Source: Vicugna vicugna (lineage: Eukaryota). From it: a stretch of 64,000 nt of DNA. Position numbers and translations under genes: made by a program. This document shows, piece after piece, positions 36,731-50,881 of this stretch (the stretch's first letter is position 1; each line of letters starts with the position of its first letter). Below the pieces are notes generated by a model. That model saw nothing but the letters and a program-made list of their open reading frames with translations, had not been told where the DNA came from and searched no databases. The stretch lies in the NCBI GenBank assembly GCA_013265495.1, contig MU057651.1, positions 1,313,674 through 1,377,673 on the forward strand, in the 5' to 3' direction.

Positions 36731-39700
36731 CCTTTTATTTTGCTCTGGACCCAGTAACTGCGCTGGTACATAGACGCACTGAGAAAACAAACTTTTGTAA
36801 CCACCTCTGACTGTTTTTGTATATGAAAGTTGATTACTTTTGAAATATTTGGATCTAGTTTCTAAGTTATTTTAGTGTTTTATATGTTCCCCGCAATTAC
36901 TTTGAATCGGTCACCAGCATAATGAGTTCTTGGTGATGCAGTGGTGAGACTTGTAATGAGCAAAGCTACCTGGAGTAGCTCGTCTCCTCCTCCTTTCTTA
37001 GTACCCTGGTTTTTGATTACAGTAAGACATCAGATTCCCCAAAACCCCTTCCAGTATAACTAGCTCCTCCTTCCTTCCACATTTAATTGCTTAATAGTTT
37101 GAAGAAACTATTGGAAATGGGCATTTTATATGACATGTATGGCTTTAAAATATTACAGATGAAGAAAAAGAAAAATGAGAAGGTTTATGTGGGCCTGTAA
37201 GGTATGGCTGTGGAAAGATATTGTAGTAGTTTTGACACTATTGTTATTACCTTTAAAATCATTTACCCAATAAAATGTTAAAACTGAGTTATCATTTGTT
37301 GTTTCTTCCTTTCACCTGCCTCATCAGAGGATCTGGGGCTTGTGGGTACTTCTTACTAAAAAAAAAAAAAACACCAACAGTTGATGCCTTTGGAATAACT
37401 TACTTAGGAACTGATCCTGATTTCTTTCCAAACTGGGCACTTGGGAAGCTTCACCTGCTTACAGCTGCTCCCCTCCACATGATTTGCCTATGTCATTCTT
37501 TCCTCCAGCCCTGAGCCCTGCCTTGGTGATAGACCCTAGCCTTTATTGGACAGTCTGTCCTGGCCATGATCTGAGGCAACCATCACACTTGAGTTCCAGT
37601 GGCAGCATAGCTGTACTTAAGCCTGCACCAAATTTCTTCCAAATCGGTGCGTTACCGGGTGTTTCCGCTCTGTGAGCTGGTAGGGGGCAGTAGCGAAACC
37701 ATCTGATGAGATGGGAAGGCTTTCTTCTGCCATCAAAGTTTGGCCATTTTCTCAGTTCAGGACAGAACTGGAAAATGCCCACGATGTGGCCACTCGGAGC
37801 TTGTCCACATTCATACACTAAGCACCTCACACACATAAACTTATCACCAGTTACTTTCCCAGTCCAGATGGGAGCCGCCATCAAGCAAGAGATCTCTGGG
37901 AGTGCTACCTCTATCAGCTGCTGCCTTTTCTCTCTACAGAAAGGCCACTGAGACATTGTTGAAATACCTCTGGCTCTTTCTCAACGATTTGCTGTCTTGG
38001 TTTCATCATGCATATTTCAGGATTAATTGCCAGTGAATAAATGCAGGACATTTTTCTGTTACATTGCCCCAAAGCCCCCACTACCCGTGTGAATTTGATG
38101 ACACGTGCTTGTGTCAATCACAGTGGCTAAAAACAGCCATCTCAGATCTCGGAGACTCTTGTGGTTTTGACTAGTGCTCCATTAAGGCAGCCAGCTGCTC
38201 AGGGCCAGTTTCATCATTCAAGTTTAATGGTACTTGAGATTTTTTAATGCTTTAGATGATATTAATAGGTTCAGGTAGAATGAAGTAATTTAATGAGCCT
38301 ACAGCATTCTTTTTTCTAGCATTAGTGGTTAACTCAGTGGTCTGGACAGATTTCAACTTCAGTAATCACACTCCACCTACCTAAATTCTTCCCAGACTTT
38401 CAGCACTTCCTCTTTAGATTTCATGCCTCACTGGGCACCTTTTAAATCGCTCTAGTGCTTCAGAGGACAAGCGTGATTGTGTGGGATGCGGCAGTTCCTC
38501 TCTGTTGATGGAAAATACTATCATGTCCACAGGGCCCCATCGCTGTGAGCTGGGGGGAAGTGTGCTGTGGGGAAATCACATCTGGATTCAGAGCTGCTGG
38601 TCACAGGGGTCCAGGGAATGACTGCCACTCTGAGAATGGCTTCTCCCACTTTTGACAACTCTGACTCCATGAGCCAAGTGTAGGTTGGGGCTAAGTTGAT
38701 GGCTCCCCATCTCTGCCCAGGCTTTTCACCTGCAGGAGGAATAGCTGAATGGGAGGATGCAACTGAGGCAGGCCCTGGGTCTACTGCTCCGGCTACTCCG
38801 TTCAGAGGCCTTCCTTAATCCCTGTAGCCCATGGTACAATCCCCTGTTCCAGACCCCAGCTTGCAGGAAGAGACCTTTCAAGAATCAGATTAAAACGCTT
38901 TAGGGCCCAAGCAGGACCACCTCCTCATCCCCAAAACTTGGTTATAACTATGCTTCAAAATGACACATATAATGTCTGGAGTATATTGACTATCTCAGAC
39001 TGTTTCAATGGACCCACCCAGAGGGCTGGTGGAGGGCATGCGCTTTATATAAACAAACACTAACCTGCACTTGCAGATCTCCATCATGACGAATGATCAC
39101 CTTAGCTTGACGGAGGTTAGATGTAGGATGCGCTAAGTCTGGAGCGTGCACTGGGCAGCGGCTGCATTACGTGCCTCTGCGCTCACAGCTGCTCCGGCGT
39201 CCTTTAGCTCGTGCTCCACTCTAAAAGGACGCAGCCAAGTCACCCGGGGCTGGTGATTTGTTCAGCCTTTAGTCTCCCTCCATGGTGGAAGAACCACTTT
39301 GCTTTTTAATCAAAATCTTAGCTGGCACCTCATTAGTTTACAAATAGGAGATTAAAAACAGGATTTCATTGTTATAAAGTACAAATGTCTTCCAGTTACT
39401 TATAAAGTTAATGAGAACGATGAGACTCTTTTGGGGAGTATAAAAATTGGTAACTGGGGTGACAGATGACAGTTACACTTACAGTCTCTGGCGCTCCATT
39501 GAGTTCTGTATTGTTTTGGCTATATGACAACAGCAGGTCCTGATTTGCAAGGAGGTGGTATCGTACGTGTATAGTTTGATGAATGTGGATACATCTCAGT
39601 CTAGATTGTAAAACCCCAGTGCGGTCACAACCTTCTGAACCAGGCCTCATAAGACCTGCAGGAAAGTTCAGGCAGAAGAAGCATCACTCCCGAGGTTTCA

Positions 39701-41689
39701 ACAGAATGTGTCGACTCGATGGTTCCTGCTGACCCAAGGCTCGCCTTCAGTTGCCATTCTGAATATAACATACTCGATGTTTTTGTTCAGCGCTTTTTTG
39801 TTCAGTTCTTATTACAGTTTTAAAATATTATACATTGAAACACATACACTTTTTTGAATCAAATGTTTATGGAAACTTCGATCAGTTCCAACAGAATGCC
39901 AGGTCCCACAGGACGATCTGAAAACCACTGCTGGAGTCCCAACATGCCCAGTTATTTTGAGAGCCTTTGGCAAAGTGTCATTCCATCTCCTTTTTCATTT
40001 TGGCCTTTTCCTCCCAAATGTCAGGCTCAACGTGATCCATCAATATTTACTGAGTGCCTGTGCCCCCAGAGGCACGGCATCGTGCTTGGTTTCAGAATGA
40101 AGATCGCATCATTTTGTAAGACAAATGAACAGTCCACTCTGAGCTAATGGTTGTGAGCAGCATACAAGTTTGGTCGAGTTGGAAAAAGCCACTCAGACTG
40201 GGGCCCAGGCGACATCAGGCTGGATTTATTGGGTTTCCCTAGATGGCTTCCACTTCAGAGTGGCACTAGACCAGAGTTGTAGCAGCTCTGTTGGGAAATG
40301 GCATTTCTTTGCCCCTCCAACATGTCAGCAGCAGAGACCACTCACGACCGGGCACCATCACGATCCGTTGAGTTGGAAGAAGAGATTGTTTCACAGTGTG
40401 GCTGTCTTCCCCTCAGCAGGAATGCCAGGGTAGTTGGGAGGGAGATTACATGATTGCATAAGAAACAGGTTTAGGTACCTGCAGAATGGCATTTGGTGGC
40501 TGAAACTTTTGTTTCTTACTGCGAAGCTGCCCTCTGAAAGGCATCGGGCCCTTCCCATGACCAGGAGAGGGAGCACAGCCCAGAGAATAGGCCGCTCACT
40601 CTACGAGGCCGCCTTGAAGCCCAAAGAGAAGAAAGTTTTTGTACGCCTACTAATTGAAAAATCACCCCAGAGGGGAAAAAGCCAGTCATGGGGCAGGAGG
40701 AGAGAGAGGACAGTAGCGGTAACCCCACGCCCAGAGAGAGAAATTAGAGTAACTTTTGGAATCACCCGCTACGTAGAAAGGGCAGGAAGGCATGATTAAA
40801 TTTGGGTATTGTAAAACAGGAAACACAGCTGGTACACAATAGAATGTTTAAATCACATTTTAACTCGGCAGGAAGCTGCTGAGCGTTGCAGCCATTGCCC
40901 AGACACAAGGAAGATCTGAAACTAAGAGTTGCTATCATCACCTTTCATCAAACTAGCATTTCCATCTCCATGATATTCTGGAAGCATCCAATGTTAGCTT
41001 ATGTGTCAACATGTATGAGTAGGTGGATTTGTGCCTATCAGCATAGGAGACAGGGGCTGGCCAGACAGCTGGATGGGGCAATCGGAGTCCCTGCTCTCAC
41101 ATATCCTGGCAGAGTAGAAAGGGTGTCCTGGCCTGGAAAGAGTGGAAAACCCCTGTCTTTTTCTGAAGGACAGTACCAGTGTGAGTGGGGCCAACATTTC
41201 CCTAAACTTTCTCTACTTCAAACATTGAAATGAATTCCAGGAACTCTGCATGCAGACATGGCCACCCTGCTGGCATAGGCCTCAGCAATGGCCCCTTTCC
41301 CAGAATTGTGGTCAGGGACAGTGGTGGGTGGCCACAGTGACCCCTGCACATGAAGCCATGCCCCTCGGTGACTTGGTCCATGGTACTCGTGAATGATGGG
41401 GTTGCAAAGAGGATCATGATGTTTATCCAGTTGTTCCAATAGGATGAGATTGTTCCTGCTGGGTAGCTGGGCCTCGCTGGTCCCTTCCTTCCCTACTTGG
41501 GTGTATACCACTCCAGAAGAATCTGTGGCCTTGGAGAAGGTGAAATAGAAATTGCTTATAGTCATCCCTAGGCTGGGAGAGTGCAGGTAACACATTTGCT
41601 CTTGGGAAGGTTACACCATGAGTCCTGTAAGCAAGGTGCACAGGGCACTTGAGAGTTAGAACGAAACTCCCTTCTTTTCACCTCTTTTC

Positions 41690-44600
41690 TTGTTTACTTA
41701 TTTTTATTGAGGCAAAATCCACACAACACACAATTACGTACCTTAAAGCATGCAATTCAGTGGTCTTTAGTGTATTCACAATATTGGGCAACTACTGGCT
41801 GTCCATAGTTTTAAACTTCTTTCATCACTCCATTAACCACTCCATCTCTACTAAGGGGTGACTCCCCATTCTCCCTCCACCATCCCCTAAGTCACCTCTA
41901 ATCTTCTGTCTCTCTGAATTGGCTTATTTTGGACATGTCACATAAATGGAGTCATACAACGTGTGACCTTTTGCCACTATTTTACTTAGCATAATGTTTT
42001 CACAGTTTATCCAAGTAGTTGCATGTTTTAGTACTTTGTTCCTTCTGATGACTGAATAATATTCCATTATATGCATATACCACAATTTGCTTATCCATTC
42101 ATCCATTGACGGACATGTGGGCTGTTCTGATCATTTAGCTCTTAGGAATAATGCTACTATAAACATATGTGTCTAAGTGTCTGTGTGGACATATGTTTTC
42201 ATTCCTTTGGGGTACGTACTTAAGCATGGAATTGCCAGGTCATATGGTAATTCTGTTTAATTTTTTGAGAAATCATCAAACTCTTTTCCCCGGTGGCTGT
42301 ACCATTTTATGTTCCCACCAGTATAAAGGGTCTAATTTGTCCACATTCTCACCAATACTTGTTATTATCTGTCTTTTTGATTATAGCCACCCTAGTGGGT
42401 TTGAAGTAGTATCTCCTTGTGGTTTTGATTTGCATTTCCTTAATGACCGGTGATGCTGAACACCTTTTCATGTGCTTATTGATCATTTGTATATCTTCTT
42501 TGGAGAAATGTCTATTCAAGTGCTTTGCCCCTTAATTGCGTTGTCTTTCTGTTAAGTTTTAAAAGTTCTTATATTCACGATATTAAACCCTTATCAGATA
42601 TATGATTTGAAAATGTTTTCTCCTATTCTGTTGGTTGTCTTTTTCACATTCTTGATGTCTTTTGGTGAGCAATTCAAGAAAATTTTTATGAAGTCCAAAA
42701 AAATTTATCTATTTTTAATTTTGTTGCTCGTGTTTTTGGTGTCAAATCTAGAAATCCACTGCCAAATCCTAGGTCATGAAGATTTACCCCTAAGAGCTAA
42801 TAGTTTTAGTCCTTATATTTAGGTTGCTGATCTATTTTGAGTTATTTTTTGTACATGGTGATGTACAGCAATGGTTGATTTTCTTATGTTGCAACACCCT
42901 TGCATTCTTCGGATAAATCCCACATGCATGGTATGTAATCCTCTCAATGTGTTGTTGGATTCAGTATTTTTGTTGAGGATTTTTGTGTCTATATTCATAA
43001 AGGGAAACTGCTCTGTGGTTTTCTTTCCTTGTGGTATCTTTGTCTCACTTTGGAATCAGGGTAATGCTGGTCTTATAGAATGTGTTAGGAAGTGTTCTTT
43101 CCTATTTTTTAAGAGAGTTTGAATAGGATTAGTGTTAAATCTTTAGATGTTTGGTAGAATTCACCAATGAAGCCTGTTTTTTTTTTTTTAGTTGAGAGGT
43201 TTTTGATTACTGATTCATTCTCTTGTTATAGATCTGTTCAGGTTTTCTATTTCTTCTTGAATCAGTTTTAGTAATTTGTGTGTTTCTAGGAACCCATCCA
43301 TTTCATTAAGACTACCTAATTTGTTGGCATATAACTACTTACAGTATTCTCTTATAATCCTTTTAATTTTTATAAGGTTGGTGCTAACATCCCTGCTTTC
43401 ATTTCCAATTTTAATTCTTTTTTTTCCTTAATGAGTCTAGCTGAAGATTTGTCAGTTTTGTTCTTCTTTTTAAAGACCCAACTATTGGTTTCATTGACTC
43501 AATTTTTTTTTCTATTCTCTATTTATCTCTGCTCTACTCTTTATTGTTTCTTCCCTTCTGTTGGCTTTAGGTGTAGTTTGCTCCTTTTTCTAGGTCCTCA
43601 AGGTGTAAAGCTAAGATGTTGATTTCAGAGATTCCTTTTTAATGTAGGTGTTTCTGGCTCTGAACTTAGCTCTGAACACTGCTTTTTCTGTATCCTGTAA
43701 GTTTTGGTACGTTGTTCCATCTTCATTCATCCCAAAGCATTTTCTTATTTCCGTAGTGATTTCTTTAACCTGTTGGTTGTTTAAGAGTGTGTCATTTGAC
43801 TTCCACATATTTGCAATCTTATCAATCTTCCTTCTGTTATTGATTTCTAGCTTCATTCCATTTGGTCAGAGAAGATGCTTTGTATAATTCTAATCTTTTA
43901 AAATTTATTGCTAATTGTTTTATGGCCTAACATATGATCTATCCTGAAGAATGCTCTATGTACACTTGAGAAGAATGTGTGCTCTATCTCATTGGGTAGA
44001 GTATTCTGTATATGTCTTTAAGGTCTAGGTGGTTTATAGTGTTGTTCAAGTCTACCACTCCTTACAGATATATAAACTGTGTTATCTATTATTTAAAGTG
44101 TGATATAGAAGTTTCCACCTATTATTGTAGAACTCTTTTCAATTCTGTCAATATTTCTTTCATATCTTATGGAGCTCTGTTGTTTGGTGTGCATATGAAT
44201 ATAACTGTTATATCTTTTGATGAATTGATCCTTTTATCAATAAAATGCCCTCTTTGTCTCCTGTAAAAAATTTCCACTTAAAGTCTCTTTTGCCTGGTAT
44301 TATGTAGCTACCTCCACTTTCTTCTGGTTATTATTTGCATTAAATATCTTTTTCCATCCTTTCACTTTCAACCTACTTGTCTTTGGGTCTAAATTGAGTC
44401 CCTTGTAAGCAGCAAGCATATAGTTAGAGCATGTCTTTTTAAAATCCATTTTGCCAGCATCTGTCTTTTCATCGGTAAGTTTAACCCATTTACATTTAAA
44501 GTGATTAGATAATAAAGAATTTTCTCCTGTCATTGTGCTATTTGTTTTCTCCATGTCATATCTCTTTTGTTACTCAATTCCTCCAATACAGCCTTTATTT

Positions 44601-44740
44601 GTGTTTAATGGATTTTTTTTCTAGTGTATCATGTTGATTCCCTCTTCTCCTTTTCTGTATCTTTTATTTTCTTAGTGGTTACCATGGGGATAGAGTTACC
44701 ATCCTAAATTTATAACAATCTAGTTTGGTCAACTTTTAAT
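41690..44740 (-). mobile_element. Degraded L1 (3'UTR plus discontinuous ORF2 pieces) in the intergenic interval
   Basis: Reverse L1 motifs. Translated remnants resemble ORF2 (MKLEINNRRKI...TTYQNLQDTEKAVFR; SRLKVKGWKKIFNANNNQKK) and contain many stops. Confidence 0.9.
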
Positions 44741-44744
44741 TTTC

Positions 44745-45100
44745 CTTTTCAATAGACTATAATTTTAGAGCAGTTTTAGGTTCACAGCGAAGTTGAGCAG
44801 AAAGTACAGAGAATTCCCATATATTCTCTGCCCCACCTCCTCTACCTCACACACACATAGCCTCTCTCCTACTATCAACATCCTGCACGAGAGTGGTACA
44901 TTTGTTACAACTGATGAACCTACATTGATATCAGAGTTTACATTAGGATTCACTCTTGATGCTGTATATTCTAGTTTTGACAAATATCTATTGAAATGTA
45001 TCCACCATTATTGTATCATTAGAGTAGTTTCACTGCCCTAAAAATCCTCTGTGCTTCACCTATTCATCCCTCCCCCCAACTCCAGGTAACCACTGATTGT
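44745..45100 (-). mobile_element. L1M 3'-end fragment
   Basis: ttttagagcagttttaggttcacag...tagtttcactgccctaaaaatcctctgtgct, a characteristic reversed L1M 3' end. Confidence 0.8.
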
Positions 45101-45124
45101 GGAACACCCCGTTTTAATCATTAC

Positions 45125-45560
45125 AATAGCCAACATTTATTGAGTGCCTACTGTGCAATAAGGACCATGTTAGACACTTTCCAACAGCCTTTTGAATCTT
45201 CTGCTTTACAGAATCTAAATCAAAGACATTATCAGTTATCCAAGGCCACCTAGCTACAAAGTGGCAGAGCCAGGATTCAAACTGAGTTTGTCAGATGCCA
45301 GAAACAGCTTTTTTGTCATTCACTCTGCTGTCTTAATGAAGATGAACATGAGGGTGACAATGGTAGTGGCAGTAGTGGTGGTGTTAATGGCAGCAGTGAT
45401 GGTATCTAACACCTATGGAAGTAGTGCTTACAATGTGCCAGGCTCTCTGCCAAGTGTCTTATCTATTCAGTCTACACCTGCTCCATGACGTAGTTATTAT
45501 TGCCATTTTATAGATGAGGCTCAGGTTACACAACAATCTCTCTCAAATGCACAGAACCTA
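45125..45560 (-). mobile_element. Two reversed MIR fragments
   Basis: aacatttattgagtgcctactgtg...gtggcagagccaggattcaaac, and gtgcttacaatgtgccaggc...ccattttatagatgagg. Confidence 0.7.
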
Positions 45561-46837
45561 CTAAGTAGAAGCTAGTGACTATCACTGAAGACTTCATTTT
45601 GACTATCCGCCATCTCTCTCTAGGGCTAAAGACGGCAAAGACATAGGACTAGGTCTTTTGCTGAAAATTGGTTGGGTTGGGTTTTGAAGTAAAAATCCAG
45701 GGACTTAGACTTTACGTTATCAGACTCTTTCTTTTACAAGAACACATGAAGTCTGACAGCACTGCTTTCCCACCAGCAGGGCAGACTCTGCACTTGGCTG
45801 TCCAGCCTTAGTTATTGTCTTTCTTGTCACAGGAGGACCGCCTCCAGGCTTCTGGGCACACAACTAGGGCTCAGAAATAGCCCCCTAATCGGCCTCATCA
45901 GCTTTGAAGGAGGCCACTGCAGGAGGGGCCTAAGTAGGCCAACACTTTAACCCAGTTACAAGAGGGCAGCTGTAATCCGGGCTGATCATGTCTTGCTAAG
46001 CTCTCTCGGGGGGTGGGGGAAATGTCCAAAAACCGCTTCCTGTGCCCAGGCATCCCTGGATCTCACTGCAGACACTCCTTCCCCTTCTGGAAGAGCCTGG
46101 CCTCAAGGCTACAAGGGCCGAGCTTAATGAGAGAGTGGCTGCTAGGACTGAGGGAAGGTTGGTGGCAATTTCCCCCTGCAGTGAATGCCCATGGCTTTGG
46201 CTCCTCTGGGCTAAGGTGCTGCTTTTCCCTGAAAGGTCCACTGCCTAACCCTTCTTCCACCCTGTTGGAGGAGGTCAGGAAATCGCTGTCTTCCTCTGTG
46301 TGGGCCAGACAGCTGCTTACGTCAACCCAGGGAGTTCAGGATAGGCTGGGCTCCTTTCCCTGTCCCCTCCCAGCTCATCCCTGGCAATGACTAGCCTTGA
46401 GAGTTCCCCGGGGAAGCAGGCTGAGCTGTCTGGCCAGGCTGTGGTTGGGAAATAAAGAAACCAAAACTGTTGGGGGTGGCTGCTGGGTTTTGTGTGGCTC
46501 CCCCCATCCCAACTCCCTTTCTGGCTTCCACCTTCCCTCCTCGTCAGCTGGCATGGTAGGTTCCCCTCTGTGGGTGCCCCGGCCTCCTTTCTCTCATGTC
46601 CCACAAAACATCTGCCCCAAGAGACAGCTCAACAAAGTGGGGCCCCTCTGGTCAGGAAGCAGAAAGCTTACCCAGCCTGGGTGGACGCTGGCATGGAAGA
46701 AGGGGAGGATGGTGTGCTAGAATGAGGTGCATAGAGATGCTAACAGTTTGTCTAGAATTTTTTTTCAAACGGCTTTTCTCTACCAGGAAGGTAACTCTGA
46801 TGGAGAAGAGGAAGGAGAATCAAAGTTAACAATGATG

Positions 46838-47010
46838 GCATTTTGATGATTCTAAGACACCTCAGATTTTAAGATGTCCACTATTTTATGGACCACTGAG
46901 AAGAAAAGCAAGTTGCTGATTAAATTATGTCATGCCATTGACTGTAAGGTACATCCCAAATTTGGATATTAAAAGGTTAAAAAAAAGTGTCTTAGAGTCA
47001 ATGAAATACA
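46838..47010 (-). mobile_element. MER104-like TcMar-Tc2 non-autonomous DNA element
   Basis: Inverted termini cattttgatgattctaagacac and gtgtcttagagtcaatgaaatac. The interior resembles MER104 as I recall it. Confidence 0.7.
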
Positions 47011-47849
47011 GAAAAAGGCCTTAGCACTGAGGTATCACCTCTCTTACACACCCCACAGACTCCAAACACACAGGGCACATTAAGGCACCGTGTGTGCATG
47101 TGGTTAAAACCCCAACCGACTTCTGTGCTCTGAGAACAGGCATAGTAACCACACCGCCTGGAAATAGGACCCCCTTACATTGCACAGGACGGTGCAGTTT
47201 ACAAAGCCCTCTCACGCCCACTTATCTCACTGGATGTCTCCCAGCTGCCCTGGAGTTCAGAGTTCAGAGAGCTTGACAAGGGCACCTGGGACCTGGGAAG
47301 ACGAAGAATGGGGACTACAGGCCGCCGCGTGTGCTGAGTCCTACCGCAAGGCTTTTCCAGCTCCTAGAGGATGACCCCTCTCTGACAGGGTGGAGACAGA
47401 ACTAGTGAGGGTGGAATTAGAAGTGGCTTTGAAACCCTTTTCCCAGTGAAATTATTTACAGAACCTCACTGTACAAAACGGAGTAAAACTGGACTTGTTC
47501 TGGGTGAAGCAAGGGGAACGGCTGGTACCTCACCCACTCTGCCCCCACCCATCCTCATCCCCAGGTGGCCCCTCAGGCACCTCCCCAGACTCCCTGAAGC
47601 TCTGAGGGACCTTCTCCAGACTTCGGAAGCAAGGGGGCTTCAACTCTAACTCTCTGGGCAATGTTCTTTTTCTGAAGCTGGATTTAGATATTGTTCTTCA
47701 TACTTTTTGGTTTGTCTTAAAATTTTCCTTAAAAAAAGGCACTGGTGTAGATGGTCAGGTCAAAGAGATGACTCACAACCTGGAAGCTTCAAATTGAAAC
47801 AAAACAAAAAGTTTACTTTGAATTATGAGCTGGGATGAGGTCTTGGTAT

Positions 47850-47912
47850 TAAGATGTCTTTAAAGCTCCCCAGGTGATTCTAGCATGCAGGAAAGTCTAC
47901 AAGCCCCTGTAT
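47850..47912. mobile_element. MER5-like hAT fragment
   Basis: tttaaagctccccaggtgattctagcatgcag. Confidence 0.5.
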
Positions 47913-50881
47913 CAGAGGCATCCTGTCAGCTGCAACACTCTAGAAATCTGAGGGTATGTCCTGGAGCGCTTAGGAAGGCTCTCCATTCTCAGGCGGCAGA
48001 ATACTGGTGAGCCCAGGGTCTTTATAAAAATGTCAGGAAATTTGAGACTCTTGGCAACTAGGGAAGGAGCATCTCAAGTGACAGTCAAAGCAGGTAGCAT
48101 CTTCCGCAGGCCCCTTGGATGGATGCCACGGAGGGGAGAGGCCAGGAGGAACCTGCGGCTGGAACAGCAGTGCAGCTGGGGATGGGTGGTCAGAGAGAAC
48201 ACTGATGTGGCCCACGCTAGTAGCCCCGTCGCCCATCAGAGCTTTGTTAAGGAAGCGTCTGAGTTGACCCTCCTTGCCAAGATCTGCCTCACTGTGAGGC
48301 ACTGGCTGGCAGCAACACAGGAGGAGCTGGACTGGAGTTAGGAAGCCAGTTATGGAGGGCAGAGCCCTTTGGGTCATCCATTAGCAACTGATGCAGCTTT
48401 CCCTACTGTCTCCCGGGGAGATGCTTCAACTCCTCTGCCAAGCTCAGACCCCTGCCCCACATGTGCAGTCTAGATGCTGGACAAATGCTGACTGGGAGAG
48501 AGGCTGGTACAGGCAGTAACAGAGAGTCCTTGAATTTGGACTGGGCCGGCCTTACTGGTTGCCAAGGTTAGCAAACCACATATCCTTTGAGTAAGCCACT
48601 GCTATTTGTCAGCTTCACATCTGTGGATCTCTCTTCCTCTGCTGACCTTGGCGAAACAGGACAAGGGAAAAAATTCATTGGGGGACCAGGCTGTAACTGT
48701 CCAAGCTGCTCCCTACCCCTCAGTAGAGTACGTGACACAGTCCATGGGCTACCGGGGTTTTTGCGATGCAAACACCAACTCTGCCTCTGTGCCCTGGGGA
48801 GCGGAAGGGGGACACTGGTGGGGGTGAAAAGCTACCAGGGATGAGGAAAAGCAGTTAGACGCCTTGTCCACCCCCTCGCCCAGAGGTCTAGGGAGGGTTC
48901 AGGTGGAACAGATGCTGTCCATCTCTGTTCTCCATCAAACACCGTGTCCTCATCTCAGGAGCCGGGCTAGAGAGCCCAGCTACCAAGAAGCAGGATGGGC
49001 CACCCAGCAAGGAGGCCCACAGGCTGGTGCTTGAGGTGCCCAGGCCAAAAACACCCACGGCACCATGCAGGATAACTTGGGATGGGCAAGAGCGTATGAG
49101 GCCAGGATTTCTCACTAGGGTACCAATGGTGCCTCCCACCATTTTGCAGGACTCTGGGATAAGATCATTGTTCACTGAACACCTTCCATGACCCAGTCCT
49201 GGACCAGGGGCTGGAGGATGAATCAGACCCCGCCCTGCCCTCTAGGACAGGAGCAGTGTCCACAGAGGGAGAGAGAACCAATGGAGTTCAATATGGCTGG
49301 AGCAAAGGGTGTCTGTGGATGGGTCTCTATGGGACGTGGGGGTGAGGAAAGGAAGCAGAGATGTTTACAGGGCCCTGGGAAGGGATGCAGTCAGATTGGC
49401 ATTGGAAAGACTGTTCCCTGCAGTAGGGGACACAGACTGAAGCGAAGACCTCCAGCAGGGGCGGATGCACTAGCCCCTGAGAGGTGGCCATGGCCTAGGT
49501 CATGGGTGTTTAGGTCTTTCTGAAACAGAAGACACACAGTAAGGCCACAGGACCAGCTTTCCTCACCTGCTCTGGCAGCCTCTCCCTGGGCCAGCTCCCT
49601 GCGGCCCTGCCCTCTTGACTCCTTAGCCTTTCAGCTCTGCTCTGAGGCTCACCAGGGTCCCGTTTGCCGGCAGAAGAGATGGGCCTGACTGCCCTGCCTG
49701 GCACAGTCGTGGGGCTCCCCTTCCTCTCTCTCGCCTTCCACATCACTGCCCGGTTCTCCTCCCATGTCTCTCAGGCCTGGGGACCCTGGGCAAGGGTCTG
49801 CCCAGTCATCCCAGCACCCCGGGCAGGCAGTGGAGTCCAGGGGAGAGTGCAAAGCAGGCTCTGAAGCCTCAGAAAACTGGCTTCCCAGACCAGCTCCTAC
49901 ACTGATTAGCTCTAGCCTCCGTTTTTCTCAGCTTCGGCCTGTTTCCCAGGGATAGCATGACTGCTCAGCTTTTGCGGGACTCACATCCTGTAATGTGTGT
50001 GGACGGACTTAGCACCGTGCCTGGCACATGGCTGAGCTATGGCTTTGCTGATGGAGAACCTGGGGCGACAAGAGAGCAAATGACTTGCTCAAGCTGGTGG
50101 TTCTGTGGCCCCACATGGGGGGCCACAGCCCCACTGACGGCTTGAGTGCCCAGCTGCCGGCCAGTGAGGAGCTCCACTGGCACTGGGGCCACTATGGCTA
50201 GCTGTGTCCCTTCTAGATGCAGCCACACCAGCAGAGATCAAGCAGGGCCTCTGCCTGGTGTAAAGGTGGGCTGCCTGGCGAGGAGCCCTGGACAGGCAGG
50301 TCCGACTATTCCCCCGGGTCAAGGTTACTGCCCCACAGGATAGTCTGACCTGTGCCGGCCACCAGCCTGTGCTGAACCAAGCCGGCCCTCAGGAAACTTG
50401 GGTAAGTGGGCCTGATCTCGTCTAGTTTCAGAGGTGTCTTCTCTAGCTCAGTCCTGTGGCTTGGCCCAGCACAGGTGGGGCACCACGAGCCCAGCAGATG
50501 TCCCCAGCAGACAAGACCTGCTAAGAGCACAAGGCCTGCCGGGTCCCCGGCAGCCCTGGTGGAATTCAAAGCCGCCCGTCCAGCCACGTGACTCCTAGGG
50601 CAGAGGTGTGCTGAGTGCGCCAGCTGCCCCGTGGTGGTCCTCCACAGCCCCGGCGACCAACGGCCCCTCTTGTCTACTTTTCAGAGCAGAAGCCCTTCTG
50701 AGAGGGTCCTGGGAAGCAAGGCCAAGACTCCTGGGTTCTCATAAATCTTTTAATAACAGTAAATGAAGGAAAACATTTAACAGTAAGTCCCATGGTGAGG
50801 GTTCCTTTTCATTCAGGAATCTTAACAACAAAAACACCTAAGACCAAAATTCAGAATGCTAAGTGCACAAATTAAAGACCT

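Larger units (their letters stand above)
33036..36750 (+). other. AMMECR1: AMMECR1 3'UTR (distal end approximate)
   Basis: Follows the stop codon. AU-rich, with no interspersed repeats that I can recognise. AATAAA occurs at 34837, 36569 and 36725. Confidence 0.75.

Noticed and set aside
43611..44554. ORFs resembling the L1 ORF2 endonuclease region
   Set aside because: Short fragments of a decayed L1 with many stops; not a functional gene.
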